This document shows, in pieces, positions 41,453-52,818 of a DNA stretch of 64,000 nt. The notes below the pieces were generated by a model. It saw nothing but the letters and a program-made list of their open reading frames with translations, did not search any database and was not told where the DNA came from. The stretch lies in the NCBI GenBank assembly GCA_963677485.1, contig OY781964.1, positions 1,408,001 through 1,472,000 of the forward strand. Reading direction: 5' to 3'. Every line of letters begins with the position of its first letter. Within the stretch, counting starts at the first letter, position 1. The position numbers were made by a program, and so were the translations under genes. The DNA comes from Armatimonadota bacterium. Lineage in GTDB: Bacteria > Armatimonadota > HRBIN16.

Positions 41453-41902
41453 CTAAGCCTTTTCGGCCATGACCTTCACGCCGTCCAGAATCATCTGCAC
41501 GTTCTGCTCCAGCTTTTTGTGAATCAGCTTCTTCACCAACGCACCTAAAAGCGGTACCTCATACTCGTAGTTCAGCGTGCTGTTGAACCGCGTGGCACCG
41601 GCCTCCTCGGTCAGTTGCCAAACACCGTCCATGCTGGTCATATCGCCCTCAATCTGGCGGAACTCCAGTTTGTGGGCGGCGTCATCCCAGGTGTCGTCCT
41701 CGGTCCAGCCCACCTTCATGTTGAACTCGCGCACCAGTCCCACCCACTTGGTGATGGTGTGGCTGGTATCGGCACTACGCTCCAGCACCACTAGCGACTC
41801 CAGGTCGGCCATGATATTGGGGAACTGCTCTACGTCCTTCATGATCTTATACACGGTTTCGATGGGGGCTGCGATCAGCACGTTCTGTATAATGGTGGGC
41901 AT
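41453..41902 (-). CDS. SRPBCC/polyketide cyclase-like (START) protein
   Basis: IAAPIETVY...DVEQFP, FRQIEGD...GVW. Confidence 0.85.
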   Translation of the reverse strand: MPTIIQNVLIAAPIETVYKIMKDVEQFPNIMADLESLVVLERSADTSHTITKWVGLVREFNMKVGWTEDDTWDDAAHKLEFRQIEGDMTSMDGVWQLTEEAGATRFNSTLNYEYEVPLLGALVKKLIHKKLEQNVQMILDGVKVMAEKA

Positions 41903-42081
41903 ATGTCAAACTCCTTAAAGTGGCAAAGTGATCTATTATCAGTTCATTATGCCTTTCTGTCTGTCTAGATGCCCAACAGATCCCCGTCATTATCTCAAAT
42001 CATTGCTTTCTACCGGTCGTTTCAGGGTACAAATAAGAAGCAACGAGTCCAATCGCCTATTTCAAGGAGTGATAACCACAA

Positions 42082-42681
42082 ATGGCTCACGAATTACCTC
42101 CCCTTCCCTACGCATATAACGCGCTAGAACCCTACTACGATGCTGAGACAGTAAAACTACACCACGATATTCACCACAACGGCTACGTCACGGGATTAAA
42201 CGCCGCAGAAACCAAAGTGGCAGGTATGTTGGATAGCGGAGATTTCGCAGCAGCGAAAGCACTAGCCAAAGAGCAGGCTTTCCACGGCAGCGGGAACATC
42301 CTGCACTCCATCTTCTGGACCAATATGGCACCCAAGGGTGGCGGTGCGCCCGGCGGTGAACTAGGTAAAAAGATAGCAGCCGATTTCGGCAGCTACGACA
42401 AATTCAAAGCGCTCTTCCTGGCCACTACCAATGCGGTAGAGGGCAGCGGATGGGGCGTTCTGGCCTATCGGCAGGCTGATGACAAACTGGTGGTCCTACA
42501 GGCTGAGAAGCACGAGAACCTCTCGCAGTGGGGCGTCACGCCCATCCTGGTACTGGATGTGTGGGAACACGCATATTATCTGAAATATCAGAACCGCCGT
42601 CCAGAGTGGACCAAGGCGTTCATGGAGCACCTGGTGAACTGGGCCGATGTAGCGAAACGTTACGCAGAGGCCAAGGGGTAG
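42082..42681 (+). CDS. sod: Fe/Mn superoxide dismutase
   Basis: LPPLPYAYNALEP, HHDIHH, GSGW, DVWEHAYY. Confidence 0.96.
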   Translation: MAHELPPLPYAYNALEPYYDAETVKLHHDIHHNGYVTGLNAAETKVAGMLDSGDFAAAKALAKEQAFHGSGNILHSIFWTNMAPKGGGAPGGELGKKIAADFGSYDKFKALFLATTNAVEGSGWGVLAYRQADDKLVVLQAEKHENLSQWGVTPILVLDVWEHAYYLKYQNRRPEWTKAFMEHLVNWADVAKRYAEAKG

Positions 42682-42939
42682 ATCCCATGGGGCGGCTCAC
42701 CAGCCGCCCCAGTCCCTCCAGCCAAGGTATCAACCCGCATTACTGTGACTAATCACCTCAATCTCCCTCTTTTTACTCTTATTCACCCAATACAAGCACC
42801 ATATTCGTCTCGTCATTACGCTTAATCTGCACCTTCAACCCCATCTGCTGATATAATCAAAAATGTAAACCCTTATCTCGTTACACCTTAATTTGATATA
42901 CCCCCTCCCCCTGTTTTAGTGGTGGAGATGGAGACTGAT

Positions 42940-44535
42940 ATGATATATGCCCTTTCCGCTGCGGTGGGTATCATCGCGGCGTTACTGGTCGCGGCTGTGG
43001 TCTGGAAAACACGAATCACACCCGCGAACCTTAGTAATATTAAGCAGGCCGCCAGCCTGGAAGCACAAAATCTGCTGCTCACTCAAAAAGAAGCGGACCT
43101 GAACAAACAAGCCGCCGATTTGCACACAATAGCCAAGGATAACGCCGAAAAGCTGAAAAAAGAGGCCATCATGGAGGCGAAAGACGAAGCCTACCGCATG
43201 AGGGCCGAAGTGGAACGCGAAATCCGCGACAAACGCGCCGAGCAGCTCCGCCTGGAGCGTCGTCTGACCCATAAGGAAGAGACGCTGGACCACAGGCTGG
43301 AGCAGGTTGAGAAGAAGGAAACCACCCTCGCCGCTCAGCTTGCCGCTGCTGAGGCGTTGATCGTACAACACCAGCAGACCCTGGAAGCGCAGCAGCAAGA
43401 GCTTCAGCGTGTGAGTGGTCTGACCCCCGATGAAGCCAAACAGATATTCCTGAAGAGCGTGGAAGAAGAAGCCAGGCACGAAGCGGCACAGCTCTACCGC
43501 GACATCGAGGAACAGGCCAGGCAGGACGCCGATCGCCGGGCGAGTGAGATCGTGGTAGACGCCATCCAGCGCTGCGCCGTGGAGCAGGTCACAGAGACCA
43601 CCGTCAGTGTAGTTCCGCTGCCTACAGATGAGATGAAGGGCCGTATCATCGGCCGTGAGGGTCGCAACATCCGCGCCTTTGAGCTGGAGACCGGCGTCGA
43701 CTTGGTGATTGATGACACCCCCGAAGCGGTCGTTTTGAGCTGCTTCGACCCCATCCGCCGCGAAATCGCCCGTGTGGCTCTCACCAACCTGATCGCCGAC
43801 GGACGCATCCACCCAGCGCGCATCGAGGAAGCTGTGCAGAAAGCTGCCCAGGAAGTCGATCGTGCGATCTGGGAAGCGGGCGAAAGCGCCGTTCTGGACA
43901 CTGGTATCACAGGGTTATCACCCGACCTCGTGCGACTGATGGGCAAACTCAAATACCGCACCAGTTACGGCCAAAATATGCTGTCCCACAGCGTGGAAGT
44001 GGCCCACCTTTGCGGTGTGCTGGCCGCCGAACTGCGCGTGAATGTGCAATTGGCCAAACGGGCAGGACTGCTGCATGACATCGGCAAAGCGATGGACCAT
44101 GAAGAAGAGCAGCCGCATGCGATGCTGACCATCGAGATATTGAAGCGCCACGGCGAACCGGCCGATGTGGTCAACGCCGCTGGATCGCACCACCATGACA
44201 CCGAACCCAACTGCATTGAAGCCCACCTGGTGATCATCGCCGATGGCCTGAGTGCGGCGCGTCCAGGTGCCCGTCGCGAGATGCTGGAGACCTATGTGAA
44301 GCGGCTGGACAACCTGGAGAAGATCGCCAACAGCTTTGAGGGTGTCGAAAGCTCCTACGCAGTGCAGGCCGGCCGTGAGATGCGATTGATTGTGAAGCCT
44401 GACTTGGTAGACGATCTTGGCGCCCTTCGGATGGCGCGTGAAATTGCTCACCGCATTGAATCGGAGATGGAGTTCCCTGGACAGATAAAAGTGACCGTCA
44501 TCCGTGAAACCCGCGCGACGGAATACGCCAAGTGA
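42940..44535 (+). CDS. rny: Ribonuclease Y
   Basis: N-terminal TM helix, coiled coil, KH ([13 protein letters not shown]) and HD (LLHDIGK) domains. Confidence 0.96.
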   Translation: MIYALSAAVGIIAALLVAAVVWKTRITPANLSNIKQAASLEAQNLLLTQKEADLNKQAADLHTIAKDNAEKLKKEAIMEAKDEAYRMRAEVEREIRDKRAEQLRLERRLTHKEETLDHRLEQVEKKETTLAAQLAAAEALIVQHQQTLEAQQQELQRVSGLTPDEAKQIFLKSVEEEARHEAAQLYRDIEEQARQDADRRASEIVVDAIQRCAVEQVTETTVSVVPLPTDEMKGRIIGREGRNIRAFELETGVDLVIDDTPEAVVLSCFDPIRREIARVALTNLIADGRIHPARIEEAVQKAAQEVDRAIWEAGESAVLDTGITGLSPDLVRLMGKLKYRTSYGQNMLSHSVEVAHLCGVLAAELRVNVQLAKRAGLLHDIGKAMDHEEEQPHAMLTIEILKRHGEPADVVNAAGSHHHDTEPNCIEAHLVIIADGLSAARPGARREMLETYVKRLDNLEKIANSFEGVESSYAVQAGREMRLIVKPDLVDDLGALRMAREIAHRIESEMEFPGQIKVTVIRETRATEYAK

Positions 44536-45356
44536 GCAACTTTAAAGCTGTTTTCCTTGGTGATGTGGTGGGGCGTCCCGGCCGTGAGGCGGTGGCAACC
44601 TGCATTCCGGCTATTCGCAAGCGCTATGACACCGGTCTGGTGATCGCCAATGGCGAAAACAGCCTTCACGGCATCGGCATCAGCTCCCAGAGCGCAGGGC
44701 AGCTTTTCGATGCTGGCGTGAGCATCATCACCACCGGCAACCACTGTTATAAAGAGCGTCGGATCGGCGAGTTTTTCGATGCAGAGACCAACGTGCTGCG
44801 CCCAGCCAACTACCCGGAAGGCTCACCGGGGCGCGGCCACAACCTCTACACTTATGGCGACCACACCTTTGGCGTGATCAACCTCAGCGGACGTGTGTTC
44901 CTGCAGGCACTGGATGACCCCTTCCGCTTGGCGAAAAAGCTGGTGGCGGAGATGCGTGAACGCACCCCACTCATTTTAGTGGACTTCCATGGAGAAGCCA
45001 CGAGTGAAAAGCAGGGGATCGGCTGGTATCTTGATGGGCTGGTCACCGCGGTGATGGGCACCCATACCCACGTGCAAACGGCTGATGCGCGCATTCTGGC
45101 GGGCGGCACGGGCCTGATCTGCGATGTGGGCATGTGCGGCCCGTTTGACAGTCTGCTGGGTATGAAGCCCGAGATCGGCATCGCACGGATGGTCACGCAG
45201 ATGCCGGTGAAGTTTGAAGTTGCCGAAGGCCCGACCTATGTGTGCGGTGTGTATATAGAGGCCGACCCTGCCACGGGCAAAACCACAGTGTTTGAGAGCT
45301 TCCAATGTGCCCCCAACAACGGCGGCGTGGATTTCCGCGTAGTCATTCGGGCCTAG
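44532..45356 (+). CDS. ymdB: YmdB/TIGR00282 metallophosphoesterase
   Basis: [28 protein letters not shown]. Follows rny. Confidence 0.93.
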   Translation: MSNFKAVFLGDVVGRPGREAVATCIPAIRKRYDTGLVIANGENSLHGIGISSQSAGQLFDAGVSIITTGNHCYKERRIGEFFDAETNVLRPANYPEGSPGRGHNLYTYGDHTFGVINLSGRVFLQALDDPFRLAKKLVAEMRERTPLILVDFHGEATSEKQGIGWYLDGLVTAVMGTHTHVQTADARILAGGTGLICDVGMCGPFDSLLGMKPEIGIARMVTQMPVKFEVAEGPTYVCGVYIEADPATGKTTVFESFQCAPNNGGVDFRVVIRA

Positions 45357-45453
45357 CCGCCGGCAGCAAGCTGACCCGTCGCCGCACGCCGTAGTCATAC
45401 TCGTCTTACTCATCCTACCCGTCTTATGCGTGGTGTAATATTCAAGGACCTCA

Positions 45454-47565
45454 CTACCCGGCGATGATGTATTTTAACTGACGGATGGGACTTCGATATC
45501 CACTCGCAGGGTCATATGTCAGCTTATTCCCATCCCAGGTTACCCGGATGTGGTTATACTGGCCGCTGAGGTATCTATTGCTATACCCGTCATCTTCGTA
45601 GTAATGGCCCGCGGCTTTACCCTCACTGTCGGGGAATACTACCACAGTCAATGCTTCAGAGACCTTTTCCGTCGTATGCTGCATCACGTCGCCAATCGGC
45701 AGAATAGTGCCCGCCTTGACAAATACGGGTATCCATTGGTCGGACGCAGTGAATGTATACCATTTCGAGCCCTCGTACGTACCGTGGGCCCAGCTGCCTG
45801 ACCAGTAGTTATACCACGTACCTTCAGGGAAGTAGACCTTACGTTCATTACCCTCAAGTAAAGGAGCCACCATCATGTCAGGACCTATCATATACTGGTC
45901 ATCGATTCCCCACGTCTGCTTGTCTTCCGAGTAATCCATCACCAGTGCCCGGAAGGTACTCAACCCGCGCCAGCGAGTCCACCAGAACGAATAGTAGAGA
46001 TATGGGATCAGCTTCATCCGTTCTTCGGCTAGCCCTCGAAACCTCTTCTCGCAGAGTTCATTCCGGTTCCATGGCAGTAGACTCGACTTCTCATCCCAGG
46101 CGTTGATCATCGCTAATGGGCTGAAGAACATGAGCTGGCAGCGCCGCAGGAACTCCTGATCGGTCGCGGCTTCGCGTAGTTCAGGACACCACAGGAAGCC
46201 ACTGAATCCGCTGGTCACCATCGCCCGCAGATAGCAGCGCAGGTCATAGTAGTCGCTATAAATGACTGAGGCCTCCCGATTCCCTCCGGCGAAGTTGGCC
46301 CGGCAGAGCAGGTAGCTGCGCAGCTTCTGGCGGTTGAATATATCATGCATCGCGCGGCTATACAGCATCCCGCTGAGGTTGTGCATCTGTGCACCAGTAC
46401 GGCCGTTTGGGAATTTCGTGTCATCGGGGTAATACCAGCCGCCGGTGAAGTCGCTGCCGTCGCACTCATCCAGCTTATAGCCGTCCACCCCCAGGCTGAT
46501 GTGTTCCGCCACATGGTGTTCGGCCAATATGTCGGTGGCGACGGCTTTGGTGAAGTCTGGCACACTGCCGCCCATGGCCTTCTTATCAGCAAAACACCTG
46601 GCCTTCTTCAGCGGCGCATACACCGGCGATTCGGGGTGAACCCACTGGTGTTCCCACAGGTTGATGTGGAAGCCGTTCTCCCGCATGCCCTTCACGAACT
46701 CAGCCGGGTCAGGGAAGTTTTCGGGGTTCCACACATAGCTGCAAGGATAGCTGTGGGACTGCCATCCCGGTTCAAGACCAATCACATCGCATGGGATTTG
46801 GTGCTCGCGAAACCCCTGCGCGGCCTCAGCTATCTGTTCTGCGTTCCATGTACTGGGCATACGGTACCAAAATCCCAATCCCCATTTCGGTGGCATGGCA
46901 GCGTAGCCCCGCAGTTCCACCAGCCTGTGGCAGATTTCGTTGAATGTAGGCCCCCAGATGATGTACATATCCATCCGGTCACCAGGGACGGTGCAGGTAT
47001 ACTCATCGGGTTTGGCAGCGCACATATCAAACTGGGTGTATCCGGTGTCATCGAAATAGAGGCCGTAACCCTTGGTGCTGTAGAAGAATGGGTCTGGGGC
47101 ATGCGTCATGCCGCCTGATGCCTCTTCGGCATTAGTTTTGATCGTCAGATGCTGCCCGCGCTGTTGTAACTCATGGAACTGCATACCGAACCCAAAGAAC
47201 TGTTCATCCTCCTCGCTGCTGTGCCGGCTGGTGATGCTGTTTTCATCCCAGTCGATGGTGAACTTACAGATAAGGCTTCGCCGCCGGTTTCGCCAAGTGA
47301 ACACGCAGGGCTCGCACTGCATCTCCAGCCGCACCAACTCATCATGAAACCCCGATCTGCCGAATCCTTTGTTGTATTTGACTTTGGCATAGTTGTGGCG
47401 TGGAAACACCACACGGCTGTGCAGCTTGTCCGACGGCCTTCTAGGGCCCGCCTGCACACGCATCACACCGGCTGCCACCGAGCTGAGGCGCACCCAGCCC
47501 TCTTTGTACCGAAACATGATCTCATGCCGTCCGTATCCGATATCAATCAGCTCTTTATGTTCCAT
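45454..47565 (-). CDS. Glycoside hydrolase family 31
   Basis: IPCDVIGLEPGW, GYKLDECD, DDQYMIG, VYFPEGTWY, IPVFVKAG. Confidence 0.88.
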   Translation of the reverse strand: MEHKELIDIGYGRHEIMFRYKEGWVRLSSVAAGVMRVQAGPRRPSDKLHSRVVFPRHNYAKVKYNKGFGRSGFHDELVRLEMQCEPCVFTWRNRRRSLICKFTIDWDENSITSRHSSEEDEQFFGFGMQFHELQQRGQHLTIKTNAEEASGGMTHAPDPFFYSTKGYGLYFDDTGYTQFDMCAAKPDEYTCTVPGDRMDMYIIWGPTFNEICHRLVELRGYAAMPPKWGLGFWYRMPSTWNAEQIAEAAQGFREHQIPCDVIGLEPGWQSHSYPCSYVWNPENFPDPAEFVKGMRENGFHINLWEHQWVHPESPVYAPLKKARCFADKKAMGGSVPDFTKAVATDILAEHHVAEHISLGVDGYKLDECDGSDFTGGWYYPDDTKFPNGRTGAQMHNLSGMLYSRAMHDIFNRQKLRSYLLCRANFAGGNREASVIYSDYYDLRCYLRAMVTSGFSGFLWCPELREAATDQEFLRRCQLMFFSPLAMINAWDEKSSLLPWNRNELCEKRFRGLAEERMKLIPYLYYSFWWTRWRGLSTFRALVMDYSEDKQTWGIDDQYMIGPDMMVAPLLEGNERKVYFPEGTWYNYWSGSWAHGTYEGSKWYTFTASDQWIPVFVKAGTILPIGDVMQHTTEKVSEALTVVVFPDSEGKAAGHYYEDDGYSNRYLSGQYNHIRVTWDGNKLTYDPASGYRSPIRQLKYIIAG

Positions 47566-47820
47566 TGTTCATTCCCTTGTATAACCGATTTATGGTTTTC
47601 TGCGGCCCCTGTGAGCTGCATAATTCGCCTTCAGAATGGATCCTGTGAAAGTATCAGCAAATCACCTTGGTTGCTCATCGTGGTCTTCGCTGCATATTTC
47701 CTAGGTATACGATATATGTAGTAATTTTACGCCCTGCACAGAAGGAGTATCCACACCCGCTGACTAACCTATACCAGCGGGCAGAGGCGATGCCCCAAAA
47801 TATGTGGAGTGTGAATCATC

Positions 47821-49122
47821 ATGGCGGAGATACGCGTCGACTTTTCCAAACCCATCGGGCAGATTAAACCTGTCAACGGGGTGAATAACGGGCCTGTGTG
47901 TTATGGATCGATCCTGAATGTGTCGGCTTCGTGGCGTGAGCTGGGTATCCCATTCGCGCGTTTGCACGACCCCAACTGGCCGCATCCCCGTGAGGTCGAT
48001 ATCCCGCAGATTTTCCCAGACTTTTCAAAGGACCCGCAAGATCCCGCCAGTTACGACTTCCGGCAGACCGACGACTACATCCAGTCGATCATCGATGCCG
48101 GCACGAATATCTTCTACCGGCTGGGTGTGAGTATCGAGCATACTAAGCGCAAAATCTACACCGCTCCACCCGCCGACTTCGGGAAGTGGGCGCAAATCTG
48201 TGTGGGCGTCATCCGGCACTACAACGATGGCTGGGCGGACGGCTTCCAGCACGGTATCAAATACTGGGAGATATGGAACGAACCCGATAATCCCGATGGC
48301 CACTGCATGTGGTCAGGCACCCCAGAGCAGTATTACCAGCTCTACGCCGCGGCCTCGCGTGCAATTAAGGCATACGACCCCAGTCTGATGGTGGGTGGTT
48401 TTGCGGCCACCAGCATCAACCCTGAGTTCACAAACGGATTTCTGGCCTTCTGCCGTGCCGAAGGACTGTCTCTGGATTTTTACTCATGGCATGTGTATGC
48501 GAATGAAATCGGTCAGGTGACCAAGCTTGCGTTGGAAGCCCAGGAACTGCTGAAGCAATACGGTTATGAGAACGCCGAAAGCTGGCTGAACGAATGGAAC
48601 TATGTGCCCGAAGGGCTGGGAGCGCTGTTTGATCCCAATAGTCCACGCACCGCCGTGCGCAAAGCGATCGAGGGGCTACGCAGTGCCGAGGCAGCATCTT
48701 TCGTGACATCGGTGCTGCTCAAGATGCAAGACCTGCCCATTGACCACTCCTGCTATTATGATGGTCAACCCGGGGCCTGGTATTGCGGTCTATGGGACAC
48801 CTACGGGGTGCCGATGAAGCCCTACTACGGCTTCAAGGCGTTCCGAACACTGGTAGATTGCGGCACCCGAGTCAGTGTAGAGCTGACGAGTGATTGCGAG
48901 GGCATCTATAGCTGTGCGGCGATCAGTGCGGATGGCCAGTCTGGGTGTTTGCTTGTCTGCAACCCTTCCGCGGAGGCCAGGGATTGCCAGATCACTATGG
49001 CGGGAGTGCCAAGCGGAGCCGTCGTGCAGAAATTGCTGGTGGACGACACACACGAGCTGGAGCCTGTGCAGGGTCTGGTTGGGCTGCCCGCCCATTCCAT
49101 ACAACTCCACCGCTGGGGGTAG
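47821..49122 (+). CDS. GH39-like glycoside hydrolase
   Basis: RLHD, YWEIWNEPD, FYSWH.Y, LNEWN. Confidence 0.8.
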   Translation: MAEIRVDFSKPIGQIKPVNGVNNGPVCYGSILNVSASWRELGIPFARLHDPNWPHPREVDIPQIFPDFSKDPQDPASYDFRQTDDYIQSIIDAGTNIFYRLGVSIEHTKRKIYTAPPADFGKWAQICVGVIRHYNDGWADGFQHGIKYWEIWNEPDNPDGHCMWSGTPEQYYQLYAAASRAIKAYDPSLMVGGFAATSINPEFTNGFLAFCRAEGLSLDFYSWHVYANEIGQVTKLALEAQELLKQYGYENAESWLNEWNYVPEGLGALFDPNSPRTAVRKAIEGLRSAEAASFVTSVLLKMQDLPIDHSCYYDGQPGAWYCGLWDTYGVPMKPYYGFKAFRTLVDCGTRVSVELTSDCEGIYSCAAISADGQSGCLLVCNPSAEARDCQITMAGVPSGAVVQKLLVDDTHELEPVQGLVGLPAHSIQLHRWG

Positions 49123-49241
49123 AGGCAACCATGCGGGGCTAACAGACCGTTAGCCCCAGCACAGGTGTCTTCCTTCCTGCTGGTTGATCTGGTATCTCTG
49201 GCGGCAACATGCGACGACTAACCGTGTAAAGATAGGCGACA

Positions 49242-49751
49242 ATGAACGACACTGACATCATCTGCCAACTTAATGAGCTGACAGAGAAGCTGGACCAACT
49301 GAAGTCTCAAATTCGAGTTGGTATGCGCTCTTGTCATTTAACCATAGGAAAAAAAGAGGAAGCTCGGATCAAGCTCGCACGTACCCCGTATGGACGCCGA
49401 TTCGTATCGCTGGAACTTCAAGCCTATGACAAGTTTTACTACATCGACATTACCAGTAGTTACATATCTATTAATAACTATCACGTGTCAAAAAATGAAT
49501 TTGGATATCCATCCAAGATCGAACTTGATGCTGGCCGCATCACTAGTTATGCCCATCGCTCGCCCATTTCGTGGTGTATCGGTGGGTCAGTGCATGGTGT
49601 CTACCTCATTGATAAATGGCTGCATATCATGCTGAAAAAGCCCAAATCTGAAATTGAGTTAGGGTTCAAGAAAAACGCATTTTGCATACTCAGAAATAAG
49701 GACCGTAAACCCCTCACAATGGGGAAGAAAGAGAGAGATAAACCATTTTGA
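49242..49751 (+). CDS. Hypothetical protein (N-terminal coiled coil, beta-rich, basic)
   Basis: First of three coupled ORFs. Confidence 0.55.
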   Translation: MNDTDIICQLNELTEKLDQLKSQIRVGMRSCHLTIGKKEEARIKLARTPYGRRFVSLELQAYDKFYYIDITSSYISINNYHVSKNEFGYPSKIELDAGRITSYAHRSPISWCIGGSVHGVYLIDKWLHIMLKKPKSEIELGFKKNAFCILRNKDRKPLTMGKKERDKPF

Positions 49752-50248
49752 ATACAGCCGAGATTGAACAACGAATCGCTGCCCTGTCCGCAGAGATGAG
49801 TGCTTTAGGAGAACAGCTTCAAAAAGAAGTCGTAACAGAAGACTTTAAACTGGTCGATGACAACCAGTGCGTGCGTGCTCGCATGTATATCGATGATACA
49901 GACGCATCAAGATTTGAGATGTATGATGAGACCGGACTTGTCGGAGCACAGATATTGGTAGGCCCTGAGGGTCACAGCCATATCGCGTTGGGTGACGAAA
50001 GGGGCTCGAGACTAGATGTCAATATGGAGCGCGGTAACCCAGGCTCCATTCGAATGTGGGTTCCTGGCTATGATGAATATCTGTCAAGGGAAATCATCAT
50101 CGGAACTTCCGATGACATGATGGTGGGCATCAAAATGTCTCAAGGTGGAGTGCAAAAGATATTTGTTGGTATCGATCAAGATGGTATTGCTAAGATATCC
50201 TTGCGTCAAGAAGATGGAACAGTCAAGGAATATGGCCCAAAGGAGTGA
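49748..50248 (+). CDS. Hypothetical protein (N-terminal coiled coil, beta-hairpin repeats, acidic)
   Basis: TTGA overlap with the previous ORF; F/L-x-L/M-x-D-x-x-G type repeats. Confidence 0.65.
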   Translation: MNTAEIEQRIAALSAEMSALGEQLQKEVVTEDFKLVDDNQCVRARMYIDDTDASRFEMYDETGLVGAQILVGPEGHSHIALGDERGSRLDVNMERGNPGSIRMWVPGYDEYLSREIIIGTSDDMMVGIKMSQGGVQKIFVGIDQDGIAKISLRQEDGTVKEYGPKE

Positions 50249-50784
50249 GCACTATAGAGCAATTGGATGAAAGGCTGCACGAGCTGGAACAACAGCTTGC
50301 ACGTCTAAAACAAACCCTCGCGTCTCAGATAAGCACTCGGCGGCTATGTGTTGGAAATCTACCTGTACCTGCTGATATGCCTGCACTCCTGAAGTGTCGC
50401 ATTGATCTGCGTGGGCCTGTAATCTCGGAACCGGTAGGCGGCATGAAGTTGATACCAGACTTTCTAGGTGCAAGTCTTAACATAAACCCAAAAACTATTA
50501 AGCATCAATTGATATTTCGGTATGATCCCGAACAACATGACCTTGTGATGTCGCTTTTCAATATGCTAACACGTGACAATGTCAGTTTATACCGACCATT
50601 GCTGCTGTGTTTGTATGAAAAAACCAAGGCGAAGCTGGCCATTGGTGTTAAGATGGAAGGAAACTGCGCCTTGTTAATACAAAGCGACAAGAAGCCAAAA
50701 TGCAGTATCCAGTTTATACTCACCGATGTACCTCAAGTTGTTGTGCTCTCAGGGCGAAAGCAGCACCGACTATTCAATAACTAA
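50245..50784 (+). CDS. Hypothetical protein (N-terminal coiled coil, beta-rich, basic)
   Basis: GTGA overlap with the previous ORF. Confidence 0.55.
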   Translation: MSTIEQLDERLHELEQQLARLKQTLASQISTRRLCVGNLPVPADMPALLKCRIDLRGPVISEPVGGMKLIPDFLGASLNINPKTIKHQLIFRYDPEQHDLVMSLFNMLTRDNVSLYRPLLLCLYEKTKAKLAIGVKMEGNCALLIQSDKKPKCSIQFILTDVPQVVVLSGRKQHRLFNN

Positions 50785-50852
50785 ATAGACCACCGCAGGA
50801 GCAAACACTCGCAACACAGACGGACCTTGTATATAAGTGCACAGTATTCCGG

Positions 50853-50935
50853 TCGTGGATGACCCTTGTGGTCATCCGAAAACCCAATGCACATGTCGCA
50901 ACCGGTGCGCGGATGACCACAAGGGTCATCCACGA
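50853..50935. repeat. REP doublet (26-bp perfect inverted repeat)
   Basis: tcgtggatgacccttgtggtcatccg ... cggatgaccacaagggtcatccacga. Shares the cccttgtgg core with 33118-33203. Confidence 0.8.
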
Positions 50936-51341
50936 AAACAGTACTTATTATACGGGCTGACTTGAACTCAAGAGCGGTGCTGTCTACTATCACTACACAC
51001 TAGGTTTGGCAGAAGGAGTATAAAAACCCGAATAGTTCGGATACTATTAAGTCGGAAGGTACTATATAAGCAAAGTCCTGAATACAGAGGTTTTTATGAT
51101 GTCAGACGAATCAGAAACCATCGAACACAAACTGTCACTAGCTGAACGTAAAGAGATCGTCGAATCTGTGGCTTCCCCTTTAGGCGCTGCACGGCCTTGA
51201 CAACCTTTGCGACAACTGGTATATATCATTCAGAGTAGAGAAGACAGGAAGTTGCTCTCTTCCATTACAACCAAATGCTAACCAATAGACCTAGGAAAAC
51301 AGAAATTATACCATTTTCCAGACTTTACTGAGGTAAACAGT

Positions 51342-51764
51342 ATGGATCGATCTGAACATCACAATACGCGTGAACCAAACGCTACCGAGACACAACATAA
51401 TGAAGTACATTGTGTGAGATGCGAGGATAGCAGCAATAGTGATAAAATCGAAGTAAAGCGTGAATGCAAACCAGTGCGTTGTGTGATATCGATGGTTCTT
51501 CATTTTCTTAAAGCACCGATACAGTACGTATTTATAATACTTGGCGTAGCGTATGGTGCGAAATTAACAAAAATTAGTGATAATTTATTATCAATAATGG
51601 TTGTTCGATCATCAGGATCGGTTGATAAAGCGCTAGAAAATATGAATGGGCAACAAACCATGTGGGTTAGTATAGTGTTGTTAGTAACGATTAGTCTTAA
51701 CATATGGATCACACGTTCAAATCTATGTAAGGATTATACTATGATTGGTGCCGCAAGTCGCTAG
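51342..51764 (+). CDS. Hypothetical membrane protein in the AT-rich insert
   Basis: Two hydrophobic segments and atypical AT-rich composition. Confidence 0.4.
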   Translation: MDRSEHHNTREPNATETQHNEVHCVRCEDSSNSDKIEVKRECKPVRCVISMVLHFLKAPIQYVFIILGVAYGAKLTKISDNLLSIMVVRSSGSVDKALENMNGQQTMWVSIVLLVTISLNIWITRSNLCKDYTMIGAASR

Positions 51765-52317
51765 TGTCATATTAATGGAAAGGATGCCTCTCATGATAAT
51801 CACCTCCATATTTGGTATAGCTATCGTATGTGTTGTAATTCAAACTATATATATAACTTTACGGTTCTTTCATATAAAGCTCATGAATTACTGGGTATTT
51901 GATGCTATCAAATACCGGAATCTCATGGAATATCCTTATCACGCATGCTTAAATGCAGTATTTGCAGATATCGGATTGTATGGTTCATCTACAACGTCTG
52001 CAATGAAGTATAGTGACCTAATATACCAGTCAATTCAAAATCACTTTGATTCATCTGCCATAGCCCAACTGCTAGATAATATGAATCCAGTCATGATAAG
52101 GATGTGTATGGCATGGATGATCGGGGCGCATCCTCTGAGGCTAATCACATATATCACGTTTGCGATAATCGATACATATAGGCAACTAACCATACAGCTA
52201 TGTCAGGAACTAAGGTTCGGATTAGTGAAAGCAACGTACCATTTATTTAGGAAACTATGCGCTATCAAAGTCATGAATGAGGCAAATGACTTCAGGGAGA
52301 TATCATTTTGCGTTTGA
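51745..52317 (+). CDS. Hypothetical membrane protein in the AT-rich insert
   Basis: Overlaps the previous ORF and may be its frameshifted continuation. Confidence 0.35.
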   Translation: MVPQVASVILMERMPLMIITSIFGIAIVCVVIQTIYITLRFFHIKLMNYWVFDAIKYRNLMEYPYHACLNAVFADIGLYGSSTTSAMKYSDLIYQSIQNHFDSSAIAQLLDNMNPVMIRMCMAWMIGAHPLRLITYITFAIIDTYRQLTIQLCQELRFGLVKATYHLFRKLCAIKVMNEANDFREISFCV

Positions 52318-52818
52318 TTCGGTTGTCATTACGAATGAATTGCAAGGTTAGGCCACATTTATGATGATCGTCTGGAGGTGTGGAACCCTGGTATGCTTCC
52401 GACCGGTATGTCTGTAGAGGAATTGTACCGTGAACACCCTTCTCGCCCTCGCAACCCGCGGTTGGCTTCCGCCATGCACAGAGCACGGTTGATTGAGCAC
52501 TGGGGTACAGGAACTCTGCGCATAATCAATGCCTGTGAGTCACGCGGAATGCCTAAGCCGGAGTTCGTCTCCTCCATGGGGTCATTCATCGTGCGATTCA
52601 ACAGAGCATTAAACGAGCCCACATCTGAAACAAATAACGAGCCCAGCGGATGGCAGCAAATCGCACTGAACTATATTCGCGAGAATGGATCTATCACGAC
52701 GTCTGTATTTCAGAAGTTGTTAGGTGTGAGCAATCGGCAAGCATATAACTACCTTATATTGCTGGTGAATAACAAAATCATCGAGAGGGTAGGCTCTGGC
52801 CGTTCAACACATTACGTG

